DNA from: a virus
Lineage: Duplodnaviria; Caudoviricetes
IMG/VR virus record: IMGVR_UViG_3300027571_000588
Coordinates: 1 to 43,053 of that record
Length of the DNA stretch: 43,053 bases
Strand: one strand, 5' to 3'
The notes beneath the pieces were generated by a model that was not told where the DNA came from, did no database searches, and was given only the letters and a program-made list of their open reading frames with translations. Positions 17,679 through 26,027 of this stretch are shown piece after piece; position 1 is the stretch's first letter, and each line of letters starts with the position of its first letter. The position numbers and the translations under genes are program-made.

Positions 17679-18368
17679 ATGGATAAATCCAAAGAGATAA
17701 AAGCCCGTTTGCAACAAGCAGACAAACGCTTCTGGGCCGGCGACAACATTTCAGACTTTATTAAAGACGGCGAAAAGCAAGTACTAATTGACGAGCTTGC
17801 TGTTAAGTTTGAAGACGTATTACAAGGTCTTGTAATAGATACAGAAAACGATCCTAACAGTAACGGCACAGGTAAACGTCTTGCAAAGATGTATATCAAT
17901 GAGCTAATGGCAGGACGTTATGAAGCAATGCCCGCGGCAACAGCATTTCCAAATGACAGCGATGATCGTTATGAAGGCATGTTAGTTGTGCGTAGTGAAC
18001 TTACAAGTATGTGTTCACATCATCACCAGATAGTTAAAGGTGTAGCATACATTGGTATTATTGCATCAGACAAGTTAATTGGTTTAAGTAAGTATACACG
18101 TATTGCACAATGGTGTGCTATGCGAGGTACATTACAAGAAGAACTTGCAAACGACATTGTACGTGAGATTCAGAAGGCAACAGGCGCCGAACACTTAGGT
18201 GTTTATGTACAAGCAACACACGGTTGTGTAGAGAACAGAGGTGTAAAAGCACACAGTAGTCTTACACAAACAACTGTATTAAGAGGTGCGTTTAAAGATG
18301 ACGCAGGTACAAAGAAAGAGTTTATGGATAATATTAAACTCCAACAAGAATTTGCATGTGGGAAGTAG
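17679..18368 (+). CDS. folE: GTP cyclohydrolase I
   Basis: SMCSHH, IGLSKYTR, LQEE and HGCVENRGV motifs. Confidence 0.95.
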   Translation: MDKSKEIKARLQQADKRFWAGDNISDFIKDGEKQVLIDELAVKFEDVLQGLVIDTENDPNSNGTGKRLAKMYINELMAGRYEAMPAATAFPNDSDDRYEGMLVVRSELTSMCSHHHQIVKGVAYIGIIASDKLIGLSKYTRIAQWCAMRGTLQEELANDIVREIQKATGAEHLGVYVQATHGCVENRGVKAHSSLTQTTVLRGAFKDDAGTKKEFMDNIKLQQEFACGK

Positions 18369-18371
18369 AGT

Positions 18372-19268
18372 ATGAAACTTAGATATTCAGAAGCATTTTA
18401 CAGTGTGCAAGGTGAAGGCAAGTTTGTAGGAGTACCTAGTGTATTCCTTCGTACATTTGGTTGTAACTTTCGTTGTATGAACTTTGGTCTTGGACGTGAT
18501 GCACCTAGTCGTGCTGAGAACCAAGCTAACGGTGTTAAGCACAATCCAGAAGTAGCAGAGTTAATTGCTAGTGATGTGCATAAGACAACAACAGACTTCA
18601 ATGACTTGCCTATTATACATACAGGTTGCGACACGTATGCAAGTATCTATCCTGAATTTAAAAAATTAATGATGGATAGAACAGTAGACGAAGTTGTTGA
18701 ACACTTGTTATCACTTACTCCGGATGGTAAGTGGACAATGGACAATGGACAAGATGTCCATTTAATCTTTACGGGAGGAGAGCCTTTGTTAGGGTGGCAA
18801 AGATTCTATACCGAATTATTAGACCACCCACGTATGCAGGATTTAAAAAATGTTACATTTGAAACAAATACTTCTCAAAAGTTACGAGACGACTTTAGAG
18901 ACTATATCAGTAATCAAGAACGATTTGAAGTTACTTGGAGTTGTTCCCCAAAACTTAGTGTCAGCGGAGAATCTTGGGAGGACGCTATTAACCCTGATAT
19001 TGCTAGTGAGTATTTCGGTGTTCATGGTAGTAAACTGTATCTTAAGTTTGTTGTGGCTGACAGTGTTGACGTTGAAGAAGTCAAAAAAGCTGTTGCTGAG
19101 TATAGGAGCGCCGGGATCGACTGTCCGGTATATCTTATGCCGCTTGGAGGACGTAGTGAGGAATATACCCTCAACGTTAAGGAAGTTGCCGAGCTTTGCA
19201 TGGCGCAAGGTTGGAGATTCACCCCAAGACTACACATCGACTTATTCGGCAATGCATGGGGGACTTAG
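18372..19268 (+). CDS. queE: 7-carboxy-7-deazaguanine synthase (radical SAM)
   Basis: EAFYSVQGEG, FLRTFGCNFRC...GCDT, TGGEPL, ETN, SPKL, KFVV and RLH motifs. Confidence 0.92.
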   Translation: MKLRYSEAFYSVQGEGKFVGVPSVFLRTFGCNFRCMNFGLGRDAPSRAENQANGVKHNPEVAELIASDVHKTTTDFNDLPIIHTGCDTYASIYPEFKKLMMDRTVDEVVEHLLSLTPDGKWTMDNGQDVHLIFTGGEPLLGWQRFYTELLDHPRMQDLKNVTFETNTSQKLRDDFRDYISNQERFEVTWSCSPKLSVSGESWEDAINPDIASEYFGVHGSKLYLKFVVADSVDVEEVKKAVAEYRSAGIDCPVYLMPLGGRSEEYTLNVKEVAELCMAQGWRFTPRLHIDLFGNAWGT

Positions 19269-19359
19269 TCCACATGAAGTTGATGAATTTAAAAATAAAC
19301 AAAACAAACCCGTTAGCAATGTTAACTTGGAAAAACGGGTAAGGGAGGCAGGACTATGA
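19252..19359 (+). CDS. Possible small protein, 35 aa
   Basis: MHGGLSPHEVDEF...RVREAGL fills the gap between queE and the next gene (ATGA overlap at the 3' end). Weak RBS. Confidence 0.4.
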   Translation: MHGGLSPHEVDEFKNKQNKPVSNVNLEKRVREAGL

Positions 19360-19751
19360 ATTGGAATAAAATAAAAACAGCATTAGGCGTACAACCTAAA
19401 ATTACAGAAACTAAAGAAAAGGTAAAAACGTCTGAAGAAATTAGACGTGAAACACTTGAAGCAGAAAAAGAACAAGCAACTAAAGATAAAAAGCCTTGGG
19501 TTGCTGTACTAGATACACAAATTAATCCGGAAGATATAAAGAACGGGTTCTTTGAGATCGATTGGAATAATGAGTTTATTGAACAATTACTTGATGCAGG
19601 TTATAAAGGCGAGTCAAACGAACAAATTGTTGATGCTTGGTTCCAGAGTTTAATTAGACAAATGCTAACTGAAGAAGGTCAAGATCCAACTACAGCCGCA
19701 GGATACATTAATGTTGTACCAATTGACAAAGGTAAGTCAGAAGTATCTTAA
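19356..19751 (+). CDS. Conserved hypothetical phage protein
   Basis: GGAGG RBS. PWV..., NGFFEIDWN.EF and AGY.G..E.IVD.WF motifs. Confidence 0.8.
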   Translation: MNWNKIKTALGVQPKITETKEKVKTSEEIRRETLEAEKEQATKDKKPWVAVLDTQINPEDIKNGFFEIDWNNEFIEQLLDAGYKGESNEQIVDAWFQSLIRQMLTEEGQDPTTAAGYINVVPIDKGKSEVS

Positions 19752-19754
19752 TGC

Positions 19755-19783
19755 TTGACAACAGCCAGATCTGGTGCTATAAT
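19755..19783 (+). promoter_or_regulatory. sigma70-type promoter with extended -10
   Basis: TTGACA, 17 bp, TGc-TATAAT. Confidence 0.9.
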
Positions 19784-19812
19784 AGTACTATAATTTACAT
19801 AAAGGCAAAACT

Positions 19813-19899
19813 ATGTTAGAAATTTTAGGCATTACACTACTTGTTGCGTTCATACAGAATGGCAACATTTTATCAATTTGTATATCGGGGTGTTCATAA
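19813..19899 (+). CDS. Small hydrophobic peptide, 28 aa (not in ORF track)
   Basis: MLEILGITLLVAFIQNGNILSICISGCS. AAGG RBS, first ORF after a strong promoter, ends 1 nt before the next ATG. Confidence 0.55.
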   Translation: MLEILGITLLVAFIQNGNILSICISGCS

Positions 19900-19900
19900 T

Positions 19901-20890
19901 ATGGCAACTTATATTCTAGTAGATACAGCTAACACGTTCTTTCGTGCAAGGCATGTAGTACGTGGTGACATTGACACTAAAGTAGGCATGGCTATGCATA
20001 TTACACTTAACAGTGTTAAAAAGGCATGGCAAGACTTTAGCGGCACACATGTTGTATTTTGTTTAGAAGGCCGTAGCTGGCGTAAAGACTTTTACGAACC
20101 TTACAAGCGTAATAGACAAGTTGCACGTGATAAGATGACTGTAACTGAAAGTGAAGAAGATACAGTGTTTTGGGAAATCTTTGACGAGTTTAAGAACTTT
20201 GTAAGTGATAAGACTAACTGTACTGTTATGCGACACAGACAACTAGAAGCTGATGATCTTATTGCTGGTTGGGTACAAGCACACCCTAACGACAAACATG
20301 TTATTATTAGTACTGACGGTGACTTTGCACAACTTATTGCACCTAACGTAACACAATACAGCGGCATACAAGACTTAACTATTACACACGAAGGTTACTT
20401 TGATAAGAAAGGTAATCCTGTTATTGACAAGAAAACTAAACTAGAAAAGCCTGCACCTGATCCTGACTTTATGTTGTTTGAAAAGTGTATGCGTGGCGAC
20501 ACTAGTGACAACGTGTTTAGTGCTTACCCTGGTGTACGTAAGAAAGGCACTAAGAACAAAGTAGGTCTTATTGAAGCATATGCTGATAAGCATACTAAAG
20601 GCTATAATTGGAATAACATGATGTTACAACGCTGGACTGATCATGAAGGTGTAGAACATCGTGTACTGGATGACTATACTCGTAATGTTGTACTATGCGA
20701 CTTAACAGCACAACCTACAGAAATACGTTCTATTATAGATGAAACAATTAACGAAGCAACAGATAATCCTAAAGAGATAGCACAAGTTGGTATGCGTCTT
20801 ATGAAGTTCTGTGCTAAATGGGATATGCAACGTATTGCTGATCAAGCTCAATACTATGCAGAACCTTTACAAGCGAGATATATTAAATGA
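19901..20890 (+). CDS. rnh: 5'-3' exonuclease / T4 RNase H-like flap endonuclease
   Basis: LVDTAN, SWRKDFY.PYK.NR, EADD, STDGDF.Q and GDTSDNV motifs. Start moved to 19901. Confidence 0.92.
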   Translation: MATYILVDTANTFFRARHVVRGDIDTKVGMAMHITLNSVKKAWQDFSGTHVVFCLEGRSWRKDFYEPYKRNRQVARDKMTVTESEEDTVFWEIFDEFKNFVSDKTNCTVMRHRQLEADDLIAGWVQAHPNDKHVIISTDGDFAQLIAPNVTQYSGIQDLTITHEGYFDKKGNPVIDKKTKLEKPAPDPDFMLFEKCMRGDTSDNVFSAYPGVRKKGTKNKVGLIEAYADKHTKGYNWNNMMLQRWTDHEGVEHRVLDDYTRNVVLCDLTAQPTEIRSIIDETINEATDNPKEIAQVGMRLMKFCAKWDMQRIADQAQYYAEPLQARYIK

Positions 20891-21357
20891 GCTTAAAAGC
20901 AAAAACAATACTAAAAGATAAATTTTGGATCGTCGAAGAAGCAGGCGAAAAATTAGGTACATTAAGTTTTAATGATGAAAAGTTTATGCTTTCCTCAGAA
21001 ACCGGAGTCATTTTTTATGATTCAAAGAAACAAGTAGAAAAGTTATTAGGTGTTACTATATTTGATAAGGATCAGTCTGTAAAGATTGAAACTACTAAAG
21101 AAATTTATGGGTTTCCAACTAGTACAACACCCTACAACGTAATCTATGATGTACATCGTAAGTTTGCATTGTTTACTAAAAGTGTTAAAAGCAAGAGCTT
21201 GTATTGTGCAGGATTTTATATTATTCACTTTGATAAAGGTTGGGTAAAGAGTTTTTGCCCTAAGTTAATAACATTAGAACGCTACGACTATAAAGGCCCA
21301 TTTAAGAACGACCTTACAATGCGACAGGAACTATCAAATGCCAATCAACAAACTTGA
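20887..21357 (+). CDS. Conserved hypothetical phage protein
   Basis: 156 aa, ATGA overlap, KS.YCAG.Y and FCPKLITL.RY..GPFK motifs. Confidence 0.8.
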   Translation: MSLKAKTILKDKFWIVEEAGEKLGTLSFNDEKFMLSSETGVIFYDSKKQVEKLLGVTIFDKDQSVKIETTKEIYGFPTSTTPYNVIYDVHRKFALFTKSVKSKSLYCAGFYIIHFDKGWVKSFCPKLITLERYDYKGPFKNDLTMRQELSNANQQT

Positions 21358-21592
21358 TCCTATAAACACGTTTCCAGTACAACAGTTTATTCAAACTGTT
21401 AAGAGTGCTGACGCTAGTAGAGCTAAAGATGTTAGATTAGATATTGAAAATGCTAAAAGACTTGCATTTACTTTAGGTGAAGTAATGTCTCGACTTAATG
21501 GTGATATGGAACTGTTTATTAAAGAGCATGTACAAAACATCGATAATGAGCCCGTAGAGGTTCAATTAGACGGTGGTTCGGAATGGAAATAA
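21338..21592 (+). CDS. Hypothetical protein
   Basis: 84 aa, AGGA RBS. Confidence 0.75.
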   Translation: MPINKLDPINTFPVQQFIQTVKSADASRAKDVRLDIENAKRLAFTLGEVMSRLNGDMELFIKEHVQNIDNEPVEVQLDGGSEWK

Positions 21593-21615
21593 GTACGCAT
21601 TTAACGTAAAAAAGA

Positions 21616-21623
21616 GATAAATA
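21616..21623 (+). promoter_or_regulatory. Late-type promoter (GATAAATA)
   Basis: Intergenic T4-late-like box upstream of 21652. Confidence 0.65.
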
Positions 21624-21653
21624 TATACGTAGTTAATTAAGGTACGTATATAT
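21621..21653 (+). repeat. Perfect 11-bp inverted repeat covering the start codon
   Basis: ATATATACGTA (21621-31) / TACGTATATAT (21643-53). AAGG lies in the loop and the ATG starts at 21652. Confidence 0.85.
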
Positions 21654-21939
21654 GAGTAGACCAAAACCAACTGTATTATTAGAATACACCAACAAAAAAA
21701 ATTATAGATGTGAGCAGATCTTAGATGCTGAATTTATCTGGGCTGTGTTCTATAAAGAAAAACCATTCAACTTAAAAAGTTCAAATGCTTTAACTAATTA
21801 CCCTGGACCTAAATATAAGAAAACTAGTTTTTCTAATCCAGGGCATGCACATAACTTAGCTCATAAATTAAATGATCTATTTGGGTGTGACGACTTTAAA
21901 GTATATAAGTTACAGTCCGGCGTCATTGTAACCGAATGA
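21652..21939 (+). CDS. Conserved hypothetical phage protein
   Basis: MSRPKPTVLL and PGPKYKKTSFSNPGHA motifs. Confidence 0.8.
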   Translation: MSRPKPTVLLEYTNKKNYRCEQILDAEFIWAVFYKEKPFNLKSSNALTNYPGPKYKKTSFSNPGHAHNLAHKLNDLFGCDDFKVYKLQSGVIVTE

Positions 21940-22328
21940 ACTGGAAAGAAACCTATACCAAAATATTCCTTAAAGAGTTAGGACAAAGTTATAACGAACT
22001 GTCTGTTAAGGAGCATATGCCGTTGTGGTGGCACAACACCCGTAATAAAGAAGAAGGCGGACTTAGGCTTACTGAAGCAGGCATGGATCTGTTAACAAAG
22101 ATTGATTTAGCAACATACGATATACCGTTTCCAGCAGATATGCCATTTACAACACAAGTAATCATATTCTTAGACAAATTTATTGACTGTCCATACTATA
22201 TAGGTCACAAAGGTATTCAAGTTACGAACCAAAAGAAGGCGGTCGAACTAACTCTTTTCTCAGGTGATATGCGTAAGTATGGACTTAGCAAAGCACTTAA
22301 TAGACAAAATAAAGACAATAAAAATTAA
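21936..22328 (+). CDS. Conserved hypothetical phage protein
   Basis: WW.N.R...GGLRLTE.G and LDKFIDCPYY motifs. Confidence 0.8.
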   Translation: MNWKETYTKIFLKELGQSYNELSVKEHMPLWWHNTRNKEEGGLRLTEAGMDLLTKIDLATYDIPFPADMPFTTQVIIFLDKFIDCPYYIGHKGIQVTNQKKAVELTLFSGDMRKYGLSKALNRQNKDNKN

Positions 22329-22346
22329 AAAAATTGCAGAAAAAGG

Positions 22347-22376
22347 TTGACTTTTAGCGTGTAGAGTGTATACTAT
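22347..22376 (+). promoter_or_regulatory. sigma70-type promoter
   Basis: TTGACT followed by TATACT (16 bp spacer) or TACTAT (18 bp spacer), with an A-rich UP-like tract upstream. Confidence 0.7.
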
Positions 22377-22423
22377 ATGTATAGTTAGAAATTAAGCACT
22401 GATAACTCAAGAGGTAATATAAT

Positions 22424-23509
22424 ATGGAAACTGCAATCACTCGAACTGTTTCGCCAAATGGCGCAAAATCTAGCATTGGGCATGCTATTAAAAAGAGACG
22501 CCCTATCTTTATTTGGGGACCCCCAGGTATTGGTAAATCAGACATTGTTCACCAGATCGGTGACAACCTAAATGCACACGTCATTGACGTTCGTTTGTCA
22601 CTTTGGGAACCTACAGACATTAAAGGTATTCCGTACTATAGTGCAAATGACAACACAATGGCATGGGCTAAGCCGGCCGAACTACCAGATGATGAAATGG
22701 CTGCACAGCATGAGATGATCATCTTGTTTTTAGACGAAATGAACTCTGCGGCGCCTGCGGTACAAGCGGCGGCTTATCAACTTATTCTTAACCGTAAGGT
22801 TGGTACTTACAAGTTACCAGACAATGTTGTAATTATTGCAGCTGGTAACCGTGAAGCAGACAAAGGTGTTACATACAGAATGCCTGCTCCGTTAGCCAAC
22901 CGTTTTGTTCACTTAGAACTTGCTGTATCATTTGATGATTGGTTCCAGTGGGCTGTTGTTAACAACATACACAAAGATGTTGTAGGTTATTTGACTTTTG
23001 CAAAGAAAGACTTGTACGATTTCGATCCTCGTTCACCAAGTCGTTCTTTTGCAACACCTCGTTCATGGTCGTTTGTAAGCGAATTGCTTGAAGACGATCT
23101 AGACGATACCACTACCACAGACTTGGTAAGTGGATCAGTAGGAGAAGGCTTGGCTGTCAAGTTTATGGCGCACCGTAAAGTTGCGTCCAAGATGCCTAAT
23201 CCAACTGATATCCTAGCAGGAAATGTCACTGAGATGACCAGTAAAGAAATCAGTGCTATGTATTCCCTCACTGTGTCATTATGTTATGAGCTACAAGAAG
23301 CTGATAAGAAAGGTGATAAAGACTTCGATAAGAAAGTCAACAACTTCCTGCGCTTTTCAATGGATAACTTTGATACTGAATTAGTTGTTATGGGCATTAA
23401 GCTCGCACTAACACAGTATTCATTGCCCATTGATCCAGACGCTGTTGAATGCTTTGATGAATTCCATGAACGTTATGGTAAGTACATTAAGGCTGCACAG
23501 GGTTCTTAA
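22424..23509 (+). CDS. MoxR-type AAA+ ATPase
   Basis: Walker A GPPGIGKS, Walker B LFLDEMN, AAGN, LANRF and TPRSW. Confidence 0.93.
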   Translation: METAITRTVSPNGAKSSIGHAIKKRRPIFIWGPPGIGKSDIVHQIGDNLNAHVIDVRLSLWEPTDIKGIPYYSANDNTMAWAKPAELPDDEMAAQHEMIILFLDEMNSAAPAVQAAAYQLILNRKVGTYKLPDNVVIIAAGNREADKGVTYRMPAPLANRFVHLELAVSFDDWFQWAVVNNIHKDVVGYLTFAKKDLYDFDPRSPSRSFATPRSWSFVSELLEDDLDDTTTTDLVSGSVGEGLAVKFMAHRKVASKMPNPTDILAGNVTEMTSKEISAMYSLTVSLCYELQEADKKGDKDFDKKVNNFLRFSMDNFDTELVVMGIKLALTQYSLPIDPDAVECFDEFHERYGKYIKAAQGS

Positions 23510-23516
23510 GCAAAAC

Positions 23517-23550
23517 GATAGGGCGGGGTCGAACCCGCTCTATCACTTTT
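23517..23550 (+). terminator. Intrinsic terminator-like hairpin
   Basis: GATAGGGCGGG-GTCGAA-CCCGCTCTATC followed by ACTTTT. Confidence 0.75.
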
Positions 23551-23554
23551 GTGG

Positions 23555-23583
23555 TTGACAATTAGAACAGAATCTTGTATAAT
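23555..23583 (+). promoter_or_regulatory. sigma70-type promoter
   Basis: TTGACA, 17 bp, TATAAT. Confidence 0.9.
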
Positions 23584-23612
23584 AGTATTATAAATTAGAA
23601 AGGACATAGCAC

Positions 23613-24905
23613 ATGAGCGTAGAAGGTAAAAAACACTGGCAACCAGATCCAGACATTACTCCTCAGCAATTAGAAGATATGCGTGTAGAAGTTTTAGATC
23701 GCATTATTGTTGCACGAGTAGGTTTACTACTAAAGCACCCTTTCTTTGGTAATATGGCAACACGTCTTAGAATCCAAGCGGCTGATGATTGGATTCCTAC
23801 AGCGGCCGTAGATGGTCGTAACTTATACTTTAATACGCAATTCTTTAACGCAATGGACAATAAAGAAATTGAATTTGTTATTGCACACGAAATTTTACAT
23901 TGTGTATTTGATCACTTAGAACGTAGAACATGGCAAGACCGTAACTTAGACGCTATGCTGTCTAACATTGCACAGGACTACGTTGTAAACAATATTCTTG
24001 TACGAGATAGCATTGGCCATAAGCCTAAGCTAGTCGAATGTTATCAAGACTTTAAATACGAAAACTGGACTTCAGAAGAAGTTTATGACGACTTGTTTGA
24101 AAAGTATGACGAAGACGAGCTTAAACAATTAGGTGAATTATTAGACGAACACCTTGACTGGACCGAAGGCGATAGTGAAAGCAACAAAGGCGCTAAAGGT
24201 AAAGAAGGCAAGGGCGAAGGTCGTCCTACTTATTCTAAAGACGAACTTAAAAAGATACGTGACGAAATAAAAGAGAATATGGTTTCAGCCGCGCAAAGTG
24301 CAGGCGCTGGCAATATTCCTAAAGGCGTAGATAGACTAATTAAAGAATTAACTGAACCTAAAATGAACTGGCGTGAACTATTGCGTCAACAAATACAATC
24401 AACTATTAAAAGTGATTATACATTTAGTCGTCCGTCACGTAAAGGATGGCATACTGGTGCGATACTTCCAGGTATGAACTTTGCTGAAACAATAGATATT
24501 TGTATTGCAATTGACATGAGCGGTTCAATTGGTGATGTACAAGGTAGAGACTTCCTAAGTGAAGTACAAGGTATTATGGACGAGTACAGAGACTACAATA
24601 TTAAATTGTGGTGTTTTGATACTAAGGTCTATAACGAGTGTGACTTTAGTGCCGACGGTGCTGATAGTTTACTCGACTATGAAATTATGGGTGGTGGCGG
24701 AACTGACTTTATGTGTAACTGGACATACATGGAACAAGAAGGTATTACGCCTAAAAAGTTCTTAATGTTTACTGATGGTTATGCATGGGATAGTTGGGGC
24801 GATCCTGATTACTGTGATACAGTATTTGTAATACACAGTCATCATGATAAGAACCTACAAGCACCATTTGGAGTAACAGCACATTATGAAACTCAAGAAG
24901 CCTAA
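23613..24905 (+). CDS. Metallopeptidase (HExxH) + VWA domain protein (DUF2201-like)
   Basis: TAAVDG, AHEILH, MIDAS DMSGS, GGGGTDF and FTDG. Partner of the upstream AAA ATPase. Confidence 0.9.
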   Translation: MSVEGKKHWQPDPDITPQQLEDMRVEVLDRIIVARVGLLLKHPFFGNMATRLRIQAADDWIPTAAVDGRNLYFNTQFFNAMDNKEIEFVIAHEILHCVFDHLERRTWQDRNLDAMLSNIAQDYVVNNILVRDSIGHKPKLVECYQDFKYENWTSEEVYDDLFEKYDEDELKQLGELLDEHLDWTEGDSESNKGAKGKEGKGEGRPTYSKDELKKIRDEIKENMVSAAQSAGAGNIPKGVDRLIKELTEPKMNWRELLRQQIQSTIKSDYTFSRPSRKGWHTGAILPGMNFAETIDICIAIDMSGSIGDVQGRDFLSEVQGIMDEYRDYNIKLWCFDTKVYNECDFSADGADSLLDYEIMGGGGTDFMCNWTYMEQEGITPKKFLMFTDGYAWDSWGDPDYCDTVFVIHSHHDKNLQAPFGVTAHYETQEA

Positions 24906-25137
24906 CCCATTAAACTTTTTTGGTGTAAGACAAACTCATCATTGCCCTAGTCATTTTGAAGTATTGTCAATAAATCAAAGATACAACATGCAAAGTGCTG
25001 TTGATAAATGGATTTGCGAAAATCTAAAGAATCGATATTATCTTTCGCGTGATTCGGATCATCTTAAAGTAGGTTTTGAAGATCCAAAAGAAGCGAGTTA
25101 TTTCATGTTGGCTTGTCCACATTTGAAGTACAAATAA
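24886..25137 (+). CDS. Hypothetical protein
   Basis: 83 aa, NPLNFF and GFEDPKE.SYF.L motifs. Confidence 0.75.
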   Translation: MKLKKPNPLNFFGVRQTHHCPSHFEVLSINQRYNMQSAVDKWICENLKNRYYLSRDSDHLKVGFEDPKEASYFMLACPHLKYK

Positions 25138-25140
25138 ATA
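25133..25140 (+). promoter_or_regulatory. Late-type promoter (AATAAATA)
   Basis: TAAATA box upstream of an AGGAG RBS and the ATG at 25178. Confidence 0.5.
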
Positions 25141-25177
25141 AAGTACGCATATATATTAATATAGGAGATTATAAATT

Positions 25178-25423
25178 ATGAGCGACGAAACAAACACAGA
25201 AGCAACACCTGCTACTGAACAAGCACCCGCACCAGATCTTACTGTACAAGATTTAACAGCAATGAAATCAATCATTGATGTTGCATCTACACGTGGAGCA
25301 TTTAAGCCCAACGAAATGACTACAGTCGGAACAGTGTATAGTAAATTAGAAGCATTTTTAAACGCTGTACAAGCACAACAAGATGCACAATCAGAAGCTG
25401 AAAAGGCTCCAACAGGAGAATAA
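25178..25423 (+). CDS. Hypothetical protein
   Basis: LTVQDL...IIDVASTRGAF..E...VG..Y.KL..FL motif. Confidence 0.8.
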   Translation: MSDETNTEATPATEQAPAPDLTVQDLTAMKSIIDVASTRGAFKPNEMTTVGTVYSKLEAFLNAVQAQQDAQSEAEKAPTGE

Positions 25424-25424
25424 T

Positions 25425-26027
25425 ATGAAACATATTGGAAGACAGATTAACCCAAAAAGACGGGCCGTAGTAGCGTACCGTGTAGTACCAAAAGAATCAG
25501 ATCAGTGTTTGGTAGTATTTACTGATAGCTTAGAGTCAGATGCACACGATGCATTAATGAACTTAGTTGAAAGTAATGCAGGTCAAACAGCATACGAACT
25601 AGCAGAAGCAATGGACAGAGCTGTTTTACCAGATGGTAGAAACATGCTAAGAGCATTTGCTGCTACAGGTAAGTTTGCTAAGATGCCAACTGACAAGATC
25701 GAAATGACACCAGATATGAAAAATACTGTAATGCTTTCAGAATTAAATGAAGCAATTGCAAAGCAAAAAGGTGTTACAGTTGAAGCATTAGCATTACAAC
25801 CAAAAAATGCGCCTGTTGATAAATCAGATGCGTCAATAACAAAGCCTGTTGAAGCTGCACCAGTAGCACCTACATCAACAGACGGTGTATTAAGTGATGA
25901 CGATTTAGCTAAGTCTTATCGCTCACAAGCAGATAGACTAAGCAAAGAAGCTGCTCAACTAAGGCGCCAAGCGGAAGAACTAGTACCTACGAAGAAAACT
26001 AGTAAGAAGTCCGCTCAAAGTGCCTAA
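25425..26027 (+). CDS. Hypothetical protein
   Basis: Start moved to 25425 (AGGAG RBS, MKHIGR). C-terminal coiled coil. Confidence 0.8.
   Translation: MKHIGRQINPKRRAVVAYRVVPKESDQCLVVFTDSLESDAHDALMNLVESNAGQTAYELAEAMDRAVLPDGRNMLRAFAATGKFAKMPTDKIEMTPDMKNTVMLSELNEAIAKQKGVTVEALALQPKNAPVDKSDASITKPVEAAPVAPTSTDGVLSDDDLAKSYRSQADRLSKEAAQLRRQAEELVPTKKTSKKSAQSA

Noticed and set aside
17644-17680. Canonical preQ1 class I riboswitch
   Set aside because: Loop length and sequence do not match the consensus, so it is kept only as a speculative pseudoknot finding.
18850-19359. 169-aa + strand ORF overlapping queE
   Set aside because: It is out of frame inside a conserved enzyme. Only the last 35 codons, which fill the intergenic gap, are plausible.
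25152-25163. 12-bp palindrome TATATTAATATA
   Set aside because: It is purely A/T in AT-rich intergenic DNA and likely to arise by chance.
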